Source: an uncultured Mycoplasmatota bacterium (lineage in GTDB: Bacteria; Bacillota_I; Bacilli_A; RF39; UBA660). From it: a DNA stretch of 64,000 nt. Shown in pieces: positions 9,301-19,000 of this stretch. The first letter of the stretch is position 1; each line of letters begins with the position of its first letter. The notes under the pieces were generated by a model. It ran no database searches. It saw only the letters and a program-made list of their open reading frames with translations, and was not told the DNA's origin. The position numbers and the translations under genes were made by a program. The DNA is taken from assembly GCA_947166445.1 (NCBI GenBank), contig CAMVED010000002.1, positions 6,314 through 70,313 of the forward strand, in the 5' to 3' direction.

Positions 9301-9692
9301 CGACAAGCATATATATCACTATGATCCCCCATTATAGATAAGGCATGAGTTGCAATAGTACGAGCCGCTACATTTATAACACAAGGAAGAAGTTCTCCTG
9401 CAATTTTATACATATTTGGAAGCATTAAAAGTAGTCCTTGACTTGCAGTATATGTACTAGCTAGAACTCCGTTTTGTAAAAGTCCATGAACTGTTCCTAT
9501 TGCCCCTGCTTCACTTTGCATTTCTACAACTTTTACAGTGTCATTAAAAAAGTTTTTTTCTCCTTGAGAACTTTTATTATCTACTACTTCTGCCATAGTA
9601 GAAGCAGGTGTAATCGGATAAATTCCTGCAACTTCTGTAAACTTATAAGATACTTCTGCACAAGCAGTGTTCCCATCCATTATTTGTTTCAT
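6354..9692 (-). CDS. nifJ: pyruvate:ferredoxin (flavodoxin) oxidoreductase, single-chain
   Basis: 1112 aa with two ferredoxin motifs (CIMCNLCSFVCP, CTGCKLCTNICP) and the TPP site GGDGWAYDIGFGG. Confidence 0.95.
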   Translation of the reverse strand: MKQIMDGNTACAEVSYKFTEVAGIYPITPASTMAEVVDNKSSQGEKNFFNDTVKVVEMQSEAGAIGTVHGLLQNGVLASTYTASQGLLLMLPNMYKIAGELLPCVINVAARTIATHALSIMGDHSDIYACRGTGFAILSSSSVQQVMHLTNIAYLSTIRGKVPFINFFDGFRTSHEYSKIDVIDFEKVKKLIDKEALNKFRNRSLDVDNPTTRGTNQGDAIYFQAVESRNEFYENLPDIVNNYMKDINEITGENYKPFNYYGDPRAKYVIVAMGSVCETIKEYIDYKKSKIGLIEVHLYRPFSSKYFLNVLPKTTKKISVLNRTKESGGREPLYLDVLEIIKSKRLNIEVTTGRYGLSSKDTNLSDIDAVYENMKNSSGKKEYTVGIIDDVTNLSLTRKPLKIKKDYDEMLIYGYGSDGMVTTSKDILTIIGDNTDKYVQGYFEYDSKKSGGVTKSHLRFSDKPIKSSYYVEEPSVIVCSKDTYLNKYDMISKIKDNGIFILNTERDEISLPDYYIDIVKHRNIKVYTIDASSIAKKNGIPNKISMIMEMVILDLANLIDKKKSKEYITKMIKKNFSKKGESVVKSNINALNDALSNIKEVNISDIKVMEQEDVENTVFSLLEHDKANEIKVSHFTGREDGVCEPGLSKLEKRGLSNETPSYDKEKCIMCNLCSFVCPHAVIRPYLLTKEEYDNAPEEVKKDAKEAKIKGNELMYTVGISTFDCTGCKLCTNICPTGAIKMGKIKEKEKIKYDYLKTIEEKHIMDKNSIKGSQFISPKFEFAGACAGCGETPYLKLISQLFKDSLMVANATGCSSIYGASLPNTPWSTPWVNSLFEDNAEFGFGIRVAEDYMKNRIRQIMEENKSKVNKKNKELINEYLENYSKEVSEKVYQNLDYDNFKAIIPYKKYIKEKSIWLVGGDGWAYDIGFGGIDHVLSNKENVNILVLDTEVYSNTGGQSSKSTRSGAIAKFAASGKKTAKKDLAKIAMAYPHVYVGTVSLGANPMHTLKTILEAEKYDGPSIIIAYAPCIAHGIKTGMQDSNKEQKLATQSGYFPLFRYNPETNKFTVDSGAEFDKLDELFKRENRYRSNKELLEKNKQEIKDYYESLKELEK

Positions 9693-9725
9693 TATACATC
9701 ACCATAATTATTATACTATAAAAAA

Positions 9726-9756
9726 CAAAAAAAAAGAAGAACTAAGCAGTTCTTCT
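9726..9756 (-). terminator. rho-independent terminator
   Basis: Stem agaagaac/gttcttct spans the stop codon of the 380-aa gene and is followed by a 9-T run on minus. Confidence 0.75.
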
Positions 9757-10884
9757 AAAAGATGCAGGTTCATCATAATCATTCATAAAATTTTCATTTA
9801 TATCCACTGCTTCATCTCCCCCTTCTGAAGCAGCTCGTCTAAAATTTTCAAAAATACTCATAGCTTGATTTAAATCTCTAACAGGTTCTTGTTCAGTTGG
9901 TATAGTTAAATTAATGCCAACTTTAGCATTTTCTTCTTCTGTTATAGCATCATATTCATCTTTAATTGCTCTATCACTTTCTTTTTGAGCATCTTTATAT
10001 TGATTATCAACTTTAATTATATCTTCAAGTAAAGGAGTTTTTTCATCAATAAATCTACTAAGTTCTGCTGCATATTTATGTATTTCAGAACCAGCTTTTT
10101 CAGATGCTTTATTTATTTCTTTTTTATCAAATTCATATTTTTCAATTCTAGCTATAATTTCTTTATACAAGGATTGGTTAACATTATATAGATTCTTAAG
10201 GGACTCATTAACTGCACTAATAGCTTCTACTATTTGCCCACTTTCATTTTCACCAATTGTTAAGTATGTGAAATGATCTTTATTATTCATTATTCTAGTT
10301 CTATTTTCTTTTACTTCCTTGTCGGCTTTAGCATTTTGTTCTTCATTTGAAGTCTTTCTATAAGAATCAGCAAACCTTGCTTGTTCTTGCTTTGCGTTAG
10401 TTAATTTTGCTTGCTTTTCATCAAATACTTTTCTGAACATATCCATTTTATCTTGCATTATAACAACATCAGTAGCAAGTAATTTTTCAAAATTTGCAAC
10501 TTTTTCATTTAGGTTAGGTTTTTGGACAGGTTCAGATTTCTTTTCAAGTCTTCTATCAAAATTAGCTAGATTTTTATAGTTTTCTGCTACTCTTTCTTTT
10601 AGAGCAGTTTCATCAATATTATATTCTTTTGTTTTTGAGTCATGGTCGTTTAGATACGTAGGGGCTTCTTCTACAGGTTTAACATCTTGAACCACTTCAG
10701 GCTTTACTTCTTCTACTTTCTTTTCAAATTCTACTTCCTTTGGTTGTTCAACTACGACATTAACCCTTGATGCTTTACTTTCATCTAATATGCTATTTAA
10801 ATTAGGCCTTGTTACTTTAATTTTCTTAACTGCAACACCTTGTATATTAGTATATTCATCATTTACAATTGTAACATTACTCAT
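9742..10884 (-). CDS. hypothetical acidic coiled-coil protein
   Basis: 380-aa ORF with an AAGGAGG SD. E/K-rich, no TM segment, and no motif I recognise. Confidence 0.75.
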   Translation of the reverse strand: MSNVTIVNDEYTNIQGVAVKKIKVTRPNLNSILDESKASRVNVVVEQPKEVEFEKKVEEVKPEVVQDVKPVEEAPTYLNDHDSKTKEYNIDETALKERVAENYKNLANFDRRLEKKSEPVQKPNLNEKVANFEKLLATDVVIMQDKMDMFRKVFDEKQAKLTNAKQEQARFADSYRKTSNEEQNAKADKEVKENRTRIMNNKDHFTYLTIGENESGQIVEAISAVNESLKNLYNVNQSLYKEIIARIEKYEFDKKEINKASEKAGSEIHKYAAELSRFIDEKTPLLEDIIKVDNQYKDAQKESDRAIKDEYDAITEEENAKVGINLTIPTEQEPVRDLNQAMSIFENFRRAASEGGDEAVDINENFMNDYDEPASFRRTA

Positions 10885-10895
10885 AAATATCCTCC

Positions 10896-11165
10896 TTATG
10901 CTTCTTCCTTTTTAGCAAGCTTTCTAAGTACATCTTTGATTCTTGCCCATTCTTCGTCAGTTGAAACCCCAAGGAATCTGGTTCCTTGTGCATCTTTCAC
11001 AACTTCTGTAACATAAATTGTTACATTACCATTTTGGTCAACTTCATTCTTAGTATAAACTACGTATCTTTTTTTAGTGTCATTAAATTCAAAGCTAATT
11101 ACTTCTTCTACTTCTTCAGTAGTACCATCCAATTTATTAATTGTTAGAATCTTTTTGTCTTCCAT
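10896..11165 (-). CDS. DUF1292 (YrzB-like) small protein
   Basis: 89 aa. The pattern DGTTEEVEEVISFEF...YVVYT...EEWARIKDVL is typical of DUF1292. SD is GAGGGAGG. Confidence 0.75.
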   Translation of the reverse strand: MEDKKILTINKLDGTTEEVEEVISFEFNDTKKRYVVYTKNEVDQNGNVTIYVTEVVKDAQGTRFLGVSTDEEWARIKDVLRKLAKKEEA

Positions 11166-11315
11166 ATTAGACCTCCCTCTACTCTATAAAAGAATTGTAT
11201 CATAAAAAAAAATCAATTTCAACAAATTTTTCTTATTTTTATTGTTTTTCTTCTACAAAAATATTTATCTTTTAACTTATTTTATTATGTAGTTTTTGTT
11301 AATATATTTTTGTAA

Positions 11316-11345
11316 TTAAAAAGATAGTAAAAACTATCTTTTTTT
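11316..11345. terminator. bidirectional hairpin terminator
   Basis: Stem aagatagt/actatctt with an aaaa loop and T-runs on both strands, downstream of the 324-aa gene. Confidence 0.7.
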
Positions 11346-11364
11346 ATTACTATTTATAAATGTT

Positions 11365-12339
11365 TTATTGGATATTTGAACAAGCCGAATTACCATAAGC
11401 ATTTACATAACAACTAATATTACTATTATAAACACGAATATTTCCATCTTGTTTAGCTTCGGCAGTAATACCTCCAGAAGTACAAGAATATGTCGTGGCG
11501 CCGCTTGAACAAGTATTAGTTGGAAAAGATTCTTTTAATATTTCAACATTGCTATCATAATAAGGACTATCTCCTGTACCATTACCTTTATAACCTTTCA
11601 AACAATACAAATCACTATTCAATACATAACAAACTTCACTTGAAACAAGTTTTTCATTACTATTCATAGTATACTTTAGAAAATATGTTTTGTTTAATTC
11701 AGTATAGTCAGTAACCATGTTTGTTGTTGATAATGTGTTACCTATTTGTATATTTGTGCTATTAAAACCATATACTACTCTAGGTGTATATTCTGATTGT
11801 TTTGCCTCTACTTTTAAGCTTAGATATGCTTTTTTCGTATTGTTTGCTTGTATTTGTGAAGTTTTAGTTTTATCAAGCCATACTCTCATTTTATATCTTA
11901 TTACTTCATCATTATTTATTGTATTACTATCTATTACGTTATCTACATTAGAAAGTCCCATTGGTCCCATTTCCTCTCCATTTACTTCCAAACCTATTCT
12001 TATATATTCATCTGATAATGCTGTTTGTCCACTTGGTGCAGTATTAAGTAACTTTAAATCATATTTAGCAGGTGCACTACCTATGTTAGTTATAGTGAAC
12101 TCATATACTGTTTCTTGTTGCAATCCCTGAGTATCTTTCATTATAGAAAAACCTGTTTCTAGAGAATCATACTTTTCATTTAATTCTAATTCTACACTAC
12201 CTGCTTTTACTACTTGTATATTATTTGACATAGAATTTCCTTTTAATATTGCATAACTAGTGCCTGAAGCAAGAAAAAAAAGTCCAAATATTGTTATAAA
12301 CAAACTAACTATATATCTTTTACTAAACTTTATTTCCAT
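11365..12339 (-). CDS. secreted TasA/camelysin-like protein (SipW-class signal region) with a Cys-rich C-terminal extension
   Basis: TM segment followed by GTSYAILKGNSMSNNIQVVKAGSVELEL, which parallels the TasA/CalY GGTFAYFSD..N.F.AGTLDL pattern. Start moved to ATG 12339 (AAGAGG SD, 8-nt spacing). Confidence 0.65.
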   Translation of the reverse strand: MEIKFSKRYIVSLFITIFGLFFLASGTSYAILKGNSMSNNIQVVKAGSVELELNEKYDSLETGFSIMKDTQGLQQETVYEFTITNIGSAPAKYDLKLLNTAPSGQTALSDEYIRIGLEVNGEEMGPMGLSNVDNVIDSNTINNDEVIRYKMRVWLDKTKTSQIQANNTKKAYLSLKVEAKQSEYTPRVVYGFNSTNIQIGNTLSTTNMVTDYTELNKTYFLKYTMNSNEKLVSSEVCYVLNSDLYCLKGYKGNGTGDSPYYDSNVEILKESFPTNTCSSGATTYSCTSGGITAEAKQDGNIRVYNSNISCYVNAYGNSACSNIQ

Positions 12340-12408
12340 ACGCATAACCTCTTTAGTATTTTCATATTAATTTTAGCATACTAAAATTTCTTTTTCAATA
12401 TAAAATGA

Positions 12409-12431
12409 GAAAAAAAAAGCCATTTGGCTTT
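12409..12431 (-). terminator. rho-independent terminator of hup
   Basis: Stem aaagcc/ggcttt followed by a long T-run on minus. Confidence 0.7.
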
Positions 12432-12436
12432 TTATA

Positions 12437-12709
12437 TTAGTTTACTGCGTCTTTAAGAGCAGATCCAGCTTTAAATGTAACAGCAGTTCTAGCAGGAATT
12501 TTAACTTCAGCGCCAGTTTGTGGATTTCTACCAGTTCTAGCAGCTCTTTTTGAAGTTGCGAATGTACCAAATCCTACAAGTGGTACTCTATCTCCTTTTA
12601 CTAATGCTCCTGTTATAGCTTCGATAGTAGCATCAAGTGCTCTACCTGCATCTGCTTTAGTAAGTCCTGCTTTAGCAGCTACTGCTTCGATTAATTCTAC
12701 TTTTTTCAT
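12437..12709 (-). CDS. hup: DNA-binding protein HU
   Basis: 90 aa with [28 protein letters not shown], the HU arm signature. SD is AGGAGG. Confidence 0.97.
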   Translation of the reverse strand: MKKVELIEAVAAKAGLTKADAGRALDATIEAITGALVKGDRVPLVGFGTFATSKRAARTGRNPQTGAEVKIPARTAVTFKAGSALKDAVN

Positions 12710-12850
12710 TTTTCTTACCTCCTAAATATTGTGAATAAGCAATCGCTATATGCTTACATATTCAGAATATCATTTATTTTTTTTAAAATCAAGCATTTTA
12801 AGCAAAAAAATATGGTTTTTTATTGTAATTATAAGATTTTTATTAAATAC

Positions 12851-13132
12851 TTATTTTATTTTTTTAAGCAAGAACCATTTCGAATTATAAGCACAATAAT
12901 TTTTTATATAATCATCTAAAGTATCTATATTATTTGTTTTATTATATCTTTTGTTAGTTTTTTTACAAAAACCTTTTAAACGAAGTTTATTATAAGCTAT
13001 ATCTCCAAGAACATAGTCAAAAACGTCAAAATAATCAGTAAATAGTTCTTTTACTACTGAATAATCAAAGGCGTTATTATCATCTTTTTCTACTATATAT
13101 TTATTGTTACCGAACTCATATTCCTTGTTCAT
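12851..13132 (-). CDS. YutD-like protein (DUF1027)
   Basis: GDIAYNKLRLKGF and YCAYNSKWFLLKK resemble the YutD family. Start moved to ATG 13132 (GGTGA SD). Confidence 0.65.
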   Translation of the reverse strand: MNKEYEFGNNKYIVEKDDNNAFDYSVVKELFTDYFDVFDYVLGDIAYNKLRLKGFCKKTNKRYNKTNNIDTLDDYIKNYCAYNSKWFLLKKIK

Positions 13133-13169
13133 GTTAATCACCATTTAAAGTATAACATAAAATTATAAA

Positions 13170-13889
13170 TTATTCTACTGGCATCATGTATGAAAAACCA
13201 CTGTTGCTATAATAATTAGGTATTTTTCCTTTAATTAGTTTATAAGAAATAGGGATATCGTTTACAATGGTTACATCTTTTGCAGTTACTGGTAGTATTA
13301 CCCTTTCTCTTACTTCTACATGTACATATATTTCTATTAGACTATTATTAATACCATAATCTTTTACCTTTGAATTTATTCCTGTTATTACTGATCCTAC
13401 AAGTTCCATTCTTACAGGTATTTTTGGACCTCTGTTGTTTAAAACAGGAGTTTGAAATATTGAACCCATCGGTATATAAAAAGATGCATTATTAGATTTA
13501 TCTTCTTCCATAGCTAAACAACTTATAATATTGTTGGTTATATTTCTTAAAAAAGTATTTATTAAGTAAGAATCATAATCTATCATTTCTATTTCTTCAT
13601 CTTTATTTTTTATAATAGTATATAATTCATTATCTTTTATTTTGTTTAATACTTGATCATTTACTGCTTTAGATATAGCACTTGTTATGATTCTACTAGC
13701 TTCGTTTTCTGAATAATTTAGGTAATAGTGATTTAAGTTTTTGGAGAGGATACTATATACATATAAAAATAGAATAAGTGTTAAGCATATTAAAACTAAG
13801 TTTCTTTTTACAAATCTTTTTTTATTATTTTTTAGATACATTCTCATATTAAAATATATTTTTGATAAAACAAAAATAACACTTTTCAA
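13170..13889 (-). CDS. yunB: sporulation protein YunB-like
   Basis: N-terminal TM segment and a C-terminal region IEIYVHVEVRERVILPV...IVNDIPISYKLIKGKIPNYY resembling YunB. The start codon is uncertain: TTG at 13889, or ATG at 13847 or 13841. Confidence 0.65.
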   Translation of the reverse strand: MKSVIFVLSKIYFNMRMYLKNNKKRFVKRNLVLICLTLILFLYVYSILSKNLNHYYLNYSENEASRIITSAISKAVNDQVLNKIKDNELYTIIKNKDEEIEMIDYDSYLINTFLRNITNNIISCLAMEEDKSNNASFYIPMGSIFQTPVLNNRGPKIPVRMELVGSVITGINSKVKDYGINNSLIEIYVHVEVRERVILPVTAKDVTIVNDIPISYKLIKGKIPNYYSNSGFSYMMPVE

Positions 13890-13893
13890 AGTG

Positions 13894-14820
13894 TTATTTT
13901 AATCCGAAGAAATATTCATATACAAAGAATCCACATGTAACTAATATAAGTATTACTACAATAACAATAGCTACTATTAAAATTTTACTTTCTTTTTCTT
14001 CAATGTATTCATCTTGATCGTCTGCACTTTCTTTTGCTTCTTTTAGGTCTACTCCTTCAAGCATATTTTTAGGTTTTTCTTTTTTCTTTTTTGATTTTTT
14101 ATCTATTCCAAAATCATACATAGTTGTAGTATCGGCCATATCATCTGATTTTGGAATTATTTGAGTTGCTACTACTTCTTCCTCTTCATTTACTTGTTCT
14201 TTAGTCTCTTCATCAGCTTCTTCTTCATTTTTATCAAGTATTTCTTTACTTAATTCTTCTTGTAAATTGATATTATCTTTAGTGATAGTGTCCTCAAATA
14301 AATCATTAAGAAGTCTAGCTTCTTCACTTCTAGAATATTTCTTAACTTTTTCAGGGCTTTTTGGTGCCTCTTTTTCATAAATGTTATCTATTAAAGAACG
14401 CAAGTCTTCTTTTTTCATTGTTTCATTTTCTAATTTATCTACATCTAATTTAGTAAGAATATTATATTCGGTATTAATTAATCTTTTCTTTTCAGAATCT
14501 TCGAATAACTTATTTTGACGAGCCATGCTAAGTATTTCGTTTATATCATATACCCTATCTTCTTTTGTTTCTGTGTACTCTTGCATATTATTTGTTTTTT
14601 CTCTATTACTTGGTAATATCTTATTTAATTCCCTTTGCTTTTGAAAATCTTCTCTTGATGTTCTACCGCTTTTTGTAGGATTTAATTCTACTGCATTGTC
14701 TACATCTATATCTACGTAATCAATATTCATATTACCAACTTCAGAATATAAGTTTTCGTTTCGCGCTGTTCTTTTTTTATTTTCTGTATTAGTATCATAT
14801 TTTTCCATTCTAGCTTTCAT
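13894..14820 (-). CDS. hypothetical acidic protein with a C-terminal membrane anchor
   Basis: Long E/D/K-rich ORF ending in ILIVAIVIVVILILVTCGFFVY. Start set at ATG 14820 (TAGGTGA SD). Confidence 0.7.
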   Translation of the reverse strand: MKARMEKYDTNTENKKRTARNENLYSEVGNMNIDYVDIDVDNAVELNPTKSGRTSREDFQKQRELNKILPSNREKTNNMQEYTETKEDRVYDINEILSMARQNKLFEDSEKKRLINTEYNILTKLDVDKLENETMKKEDLRSLIDNIYEKEAPKSPEKVKKYSRSEEARLLNDLFEDTITKDNINLQEELSKEILDKNEEEADEETKEQVNEEEEVVATQIIPKSDDMADTTTMYDFGIDKKSKKKKEKPKNMLEGVDLKEAKESADDQDEYIEEKESKILIVAIVIVVILILVTCGFFVYEYFFGLK

Positions 14821-14922
14821 AAAATCACCTATCATTACTAAAAAAATTATATCATATAAATAGTGAAAAGAAAACTTTTATTTTTTGTTGTTTTACGTTA
14901 TAATGTAAACAGGAGGTAAATA

Positions 14923-15114
14923 ATGAAAGCAAAAGTATTAGATAATTTATGTATAGGTTGTGGGGCATGTGCAGCACTTGTACCTGATGAATTTGATTTT
15001 AATGATGACGGATTTGCATATGCAGTAAATGAAGAAGTTAAAGAGGAAAACAAAGATTTAGTTAAAGATGCAAAAGAAAATTGTCCTACTGGTGCAATTA
15101 CTGTTCAAGAATAA
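14923..15114 (+). CDS. small ferredoxin with a single Fe-S cluster
   Basis: 63 aa with CIGCGAC...CP. SD is AGGAGG. Confidence 0.9.
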   Translation: MKAKVLDNLCIGCGACAALVPDEFDFNDDGFAYAVNEEVKEENKDLVKDAKENCPTGAITVQE

Positions 15115-15138
15115 ACTTATCGAAAGATAAGTTTTTTT
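15115..15138 (+). terminator. rho-independent terminator of ferredoxin
   Basis: Stem acttatc/gataagt with a gaaa loop, followed by a 7-T run. Confidence 0.8.
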
Positions 15139-15174
15139 GTATTAGAAAAGGACTCTTTATGAGTCCTGTTTTTA

Positions 15175-15897
15175 TTATGATAATACTTGTGTAGCACCAA
15201 TTTTTATTTTAAACGAGAAACTTCCTCCTGCTTGTGTTGCTTTTTGGTCATATCCCCAGATTTCTCCGGCAGCTTCACACGTTTCTTCTGTTGTATATGT
15301 TGTATTACTGCATAAACCATTTGTATTTGTTATTGCAGGTGTTCCACTACCTTCAGATGCAACCCATGATTTAATAGTATATAATATAGAATGATTTCCT
15401 GTTACTATAGCAGAGTCTATTTTATAACCAGTTATATTTGCATCGTATTGTCCTGCACTAGATGCTAGACTACTAACTAAAACACCACTGTTAGCTGAAG
15501 TACCTGCAAGATATTGTACAGAGCCGTTATCAATTTTTTTGGTAGCTTGTATTTTTACGTTTCCGGTTCCAATAGCATCAGATGGGGTGTCAGCATCAAC
15601 ATCACCAAGAGCAATATCATATCCTATATTCATGGTACCAGCCATAGTAGATGTAAGTGTACATGTAGCAGTATTACTATTTCCTAATGCTATACCTTCT
15701 GAATCCGATAAAACATGAGTATTTGTAAGATTAAAGTTCGTTTCAGCGCAGCTGATCATTACATCACCAACAACAAGTTTATTCTCTTTTGTACCTGTAA
15801 GATTTGCAGTAAACATAGCATATGAAACTGCTATTATAGCAACTACTAACAATAATACTGAAACAACAGATATTATTACAACTTTTTGGCGTTTCAT
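15175..15897 (-). CDS. secreted TasA/camelysin-like protein (SipW-class signal region)
   Basis: TM segment followed by VSYAMFTANLTGTKENKLVVGDVMI. Same overall layout as the 11365-12339 product, ending FSFKIKIGATQ versus LSLKVEAKQ. SD is AAAGGAGG. Confidence 0.65.
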   Translation of the reverse strand: MKRQKVVIISVVSVLLLVVAIIAVSYAMFTANLTGTKENKLVVGDVMISCAETNFNLTNTHVLSDSEGIALGNSNTATCTLTSTMAGTMNIGYDIALGDVDADTPSDAIGTGNVKIQATKKIDNGSVQYLAGTSANSGVLVSSLASSAGQYDANITGYKIDSAIVTGNHSILYTIKSWVASEGSGTPAITNTNGLCSNTTYTTEETCEAAGEIWGYDQKATQAGGSFSFKIKIGATQVLS

Positions 15898-16011
15898 GCT
15901 TAACTTACCTCCTTTGATATTACTCTATATATTCTCCTATGATATAAATTTATCACAAAATGTCATAAAAGTAAAATAGTTTTTAAGTATTATTTATACT
16001 TTTATGTAAAT

Positions 16012-19000
16012 TTAAAACAATGATAACTGACTTGATTCAGGCAAATCTTTTAAAATACCCATAATTCTCATTTTTTCTACTATAGTACTAGATGCTTTTG
16101 ATCTTTTTTGAAAATCATCGATACTTAAGAACTCTTTATTTTCTCTTTCAGTTATTATGTTATTGGCTACCGCTTCTCCAAGTCCATCTATAGCTCTAAA
16201 TGGAGGTATTAAAGTATCGCCATCAATAACGAAGTTTTTAGAATGGCTTTTTTCTAAACTAACACTTCCAAACTTCAATCCTCTAGCAGACATCTCTAGA
16301 GCTACTTCTAAAGTGGTAATTAGATCTTGTTCTTTTGGAGTAAGGCCAAATTTTTTAAGTTTAAGTTCAGAAAGTCTTTCTTTAATTTTGTCATATCCAA
16401 ACTCCATTGCTTCCAAATCAAAGGCTTCACATTTTATTGAAAAGAAGCAGGCATAATACTCTATTGGCCTATTTATCTTATACCAAGCTATTCTCCATGC
16501 CGCTGAGATATAAGCGGTTGCATGAGCTTTTGGGAACATGTATTTAATTTTATCACAAGAATCTATATACCAATCTGGGATGTTTTTGTCTTTTAATAAT
16601 TTTTTATATTCATCCCATTTATCTTTCATTTTCTTTTGTCTACCTTTACGGACTAATTCCATTATTTTAAAAGCGTCAAGTGGTTCAATTCCGTGGTTAG
16701 ATAGATATACCATAATATCATCACGACAACCAATTGTTTCTTTAAATGGGCAAACATTATTTCTTACAAGTTCTTGTGCATTACCATTCCAAACATCAGT
16801 ACCATGAGAAAGACCTGATATTTTTACTAGTTCTGCAAAAGTAGTTGGTTTTGTTTCTAGAACTATTCCTATTACAAATCTAGTGAATTCAGGAAGTCCT
16901 AAACACCCTACTTCACATTCTATTTGTTCTGGTGTAACTCCAAGTGCTTTTGTAGAAGTAAATAAACTCATTACTTCTTTGTCATCCATAGGTATTGTTT
17001 CCGGATCTATTCCAGTAAGTTCATGTATCATTTTAAATATAGTTGGATTATCATGGCCTAGTATATCTAGTTTTAGTAGGCAATCTTCGATATCGTGATA
17101 ATTAAAATGAGTTGTTGCCCACTCTGCGTTAATATCATCTGCAGGATATTGATATGGAGTAAAATCAAAAATATCTTTGTAATCTGGAACTACTACTATT
17201 CCTCCGGGATGTTGTCCAGTGGTTCTTTTTACTCCGGTTACACCACGTGCTAAACGTTCTATTTCAAGGGATCTAATACCTTCGATACCTCTATCTTCAT
17301 AATAACCTTTTACGAAACCAAAAGCTGTTTTTTCTGCCACAGTTCCAATTGTTCCTGCACGATATACATGATCTTCTCCAAATAGTACTTTGGTATAATC
17401 GTGTGCTTTAGCTTGATAATCACCCGAAAAATTAAGATCAATATCTGGTACTTTATCAGCATTGAACCCAAGGAATGTTGCAAATGGCATATCTTGTCCT
17501 TCTTTGCGCATCATAGAGCCACATTCACATTTTCTATCGGGAAGGTCGTATCCACTTGGATAATCTTTTCCAAAAGGCTTTCCATCATCATAATAGAAAA
17601 TGCTTTTCTTACAACTTGGACATACGTAATGAGCAGGAAGTGGGTTTACTTCTGTAATACCAAGCATAGTAGCTACAAAACTTGATCCAACCGATCCACG
17701 AGAACCTACTACATAACCATCATCATTACTTTTCCAAACTAACTTTTGAGCTATTAAATATATTGAGTCAAATCCACCATTTATTATACCTTTTAATTCG
17801 GATTCTAATCTGTCCTCTACTTCACTAGGTAGTGGGTCGCCATATATAGAATGAGCTTTTTCATAACATATGTCTCTTATTGTTTGCTGACTGTTTTCAA
17901 ACTTTGGAGAAAAAGGAATTCCCCCGGTATCAGGAATAACATCAAATTCTTCAATCATATCTGATATTTTATTTGTATTAGTAACTACTATTTCTTTAGC
18001 TGTTTCATCACCAAGAAATGTAAAATCATTAAGCATTTCTTCAGTTGTTCTAAAGTGCATTGAAGGAATTGATTTGATATCTTTTCTATTAAGAGGATGT
18101 CTTCCTCCACCAGGAACTTTTTGATTAACTATTATTTCACGATATATTTTATCATCTCTATCTAAGTGATGAACATCACCAGTTGCCACAACAATTTTAT
18201 TTTTTTCTTTGGCAACAGATATAATCTTTTTGATGTTTTCTTCAACATCACTCATACTGTTGAAATCAGATAGATCTATTAGATGAGAATATACTTCTGG
18301 AGGTTGTACTTCTATATAGTCATAGAAATTCATAAGATCGCTTAATTCTTCATCACTTTTAGATCTTGCTAAAGTAAAGATTTCTCCATTAGAACAAGAA
18401 CTACTTATTAAAAGCCCTTCTCTGTGTTTTTCTACTTCGCTTCTAAGTATTCTTGGCGTTTTATATAAATATTTTGTGTTGGCATAACTTACTAGTTTAA
18501 ATAAGTTTTTTAGCCCTACAAGATTTTTTACAAGTATAGTAATGTGATATAACTCTCCAAATTTATGTATTTCTTCTTTACTTACTAATTCGTTTATTTC
18601 GGATGCTTTTTCAATTCTTTTTGTTTTTAATTTCAAAAGCATTTGATGAAATATTTTAGCAGTTGCATCGGCATCATAATCTGCTCTGTGGTGCCCTTCT
18701 TCATCAAACTCTATATTGTATCTTTTAACTAGTGCAGAAAGTGAATGTCTAGAGTATTCTGTATCAAGAGCACGAGATAGTTGAAGTGTATCAATGAGCA
18801 TATTTTTATATGTGCCTAGATTATATTTTTGATACGCCATTTCTAAAAATGAAGCATCAAATTTTGCATTATGAGCTACCATTGGTAAATCCCCGGTCCA
18901 TTTAATAAACTCTTTAACTGCTTCTTCTTCATCTGGGCAATCCTCTAGCATTTCATCTGTTATATGAGTAAGATTAGTAATATGCTTTTCAAGTTTTCTA

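Noticed and set aside
12437-12709. The hup gene looks visibly more GC-rich than its surroundings, which could suggest horizontal transfer.
   Set aside because: The protein is Ala/Gly/Lys-rich and highly expressed, which by itself raises GC content and shifts codon choice. It has a normal SD, promoter and terminator and no mobile-element context.
12731-12919. A 62-aa plus-strand ORF in the hup/yutD intergenic region.
   Set aside because: It has a low-complexity F/I/K/Y-rich translation, no SD, and overlaps the 3' end of the yutD-like gene. The region is better explained as the hup promoter.
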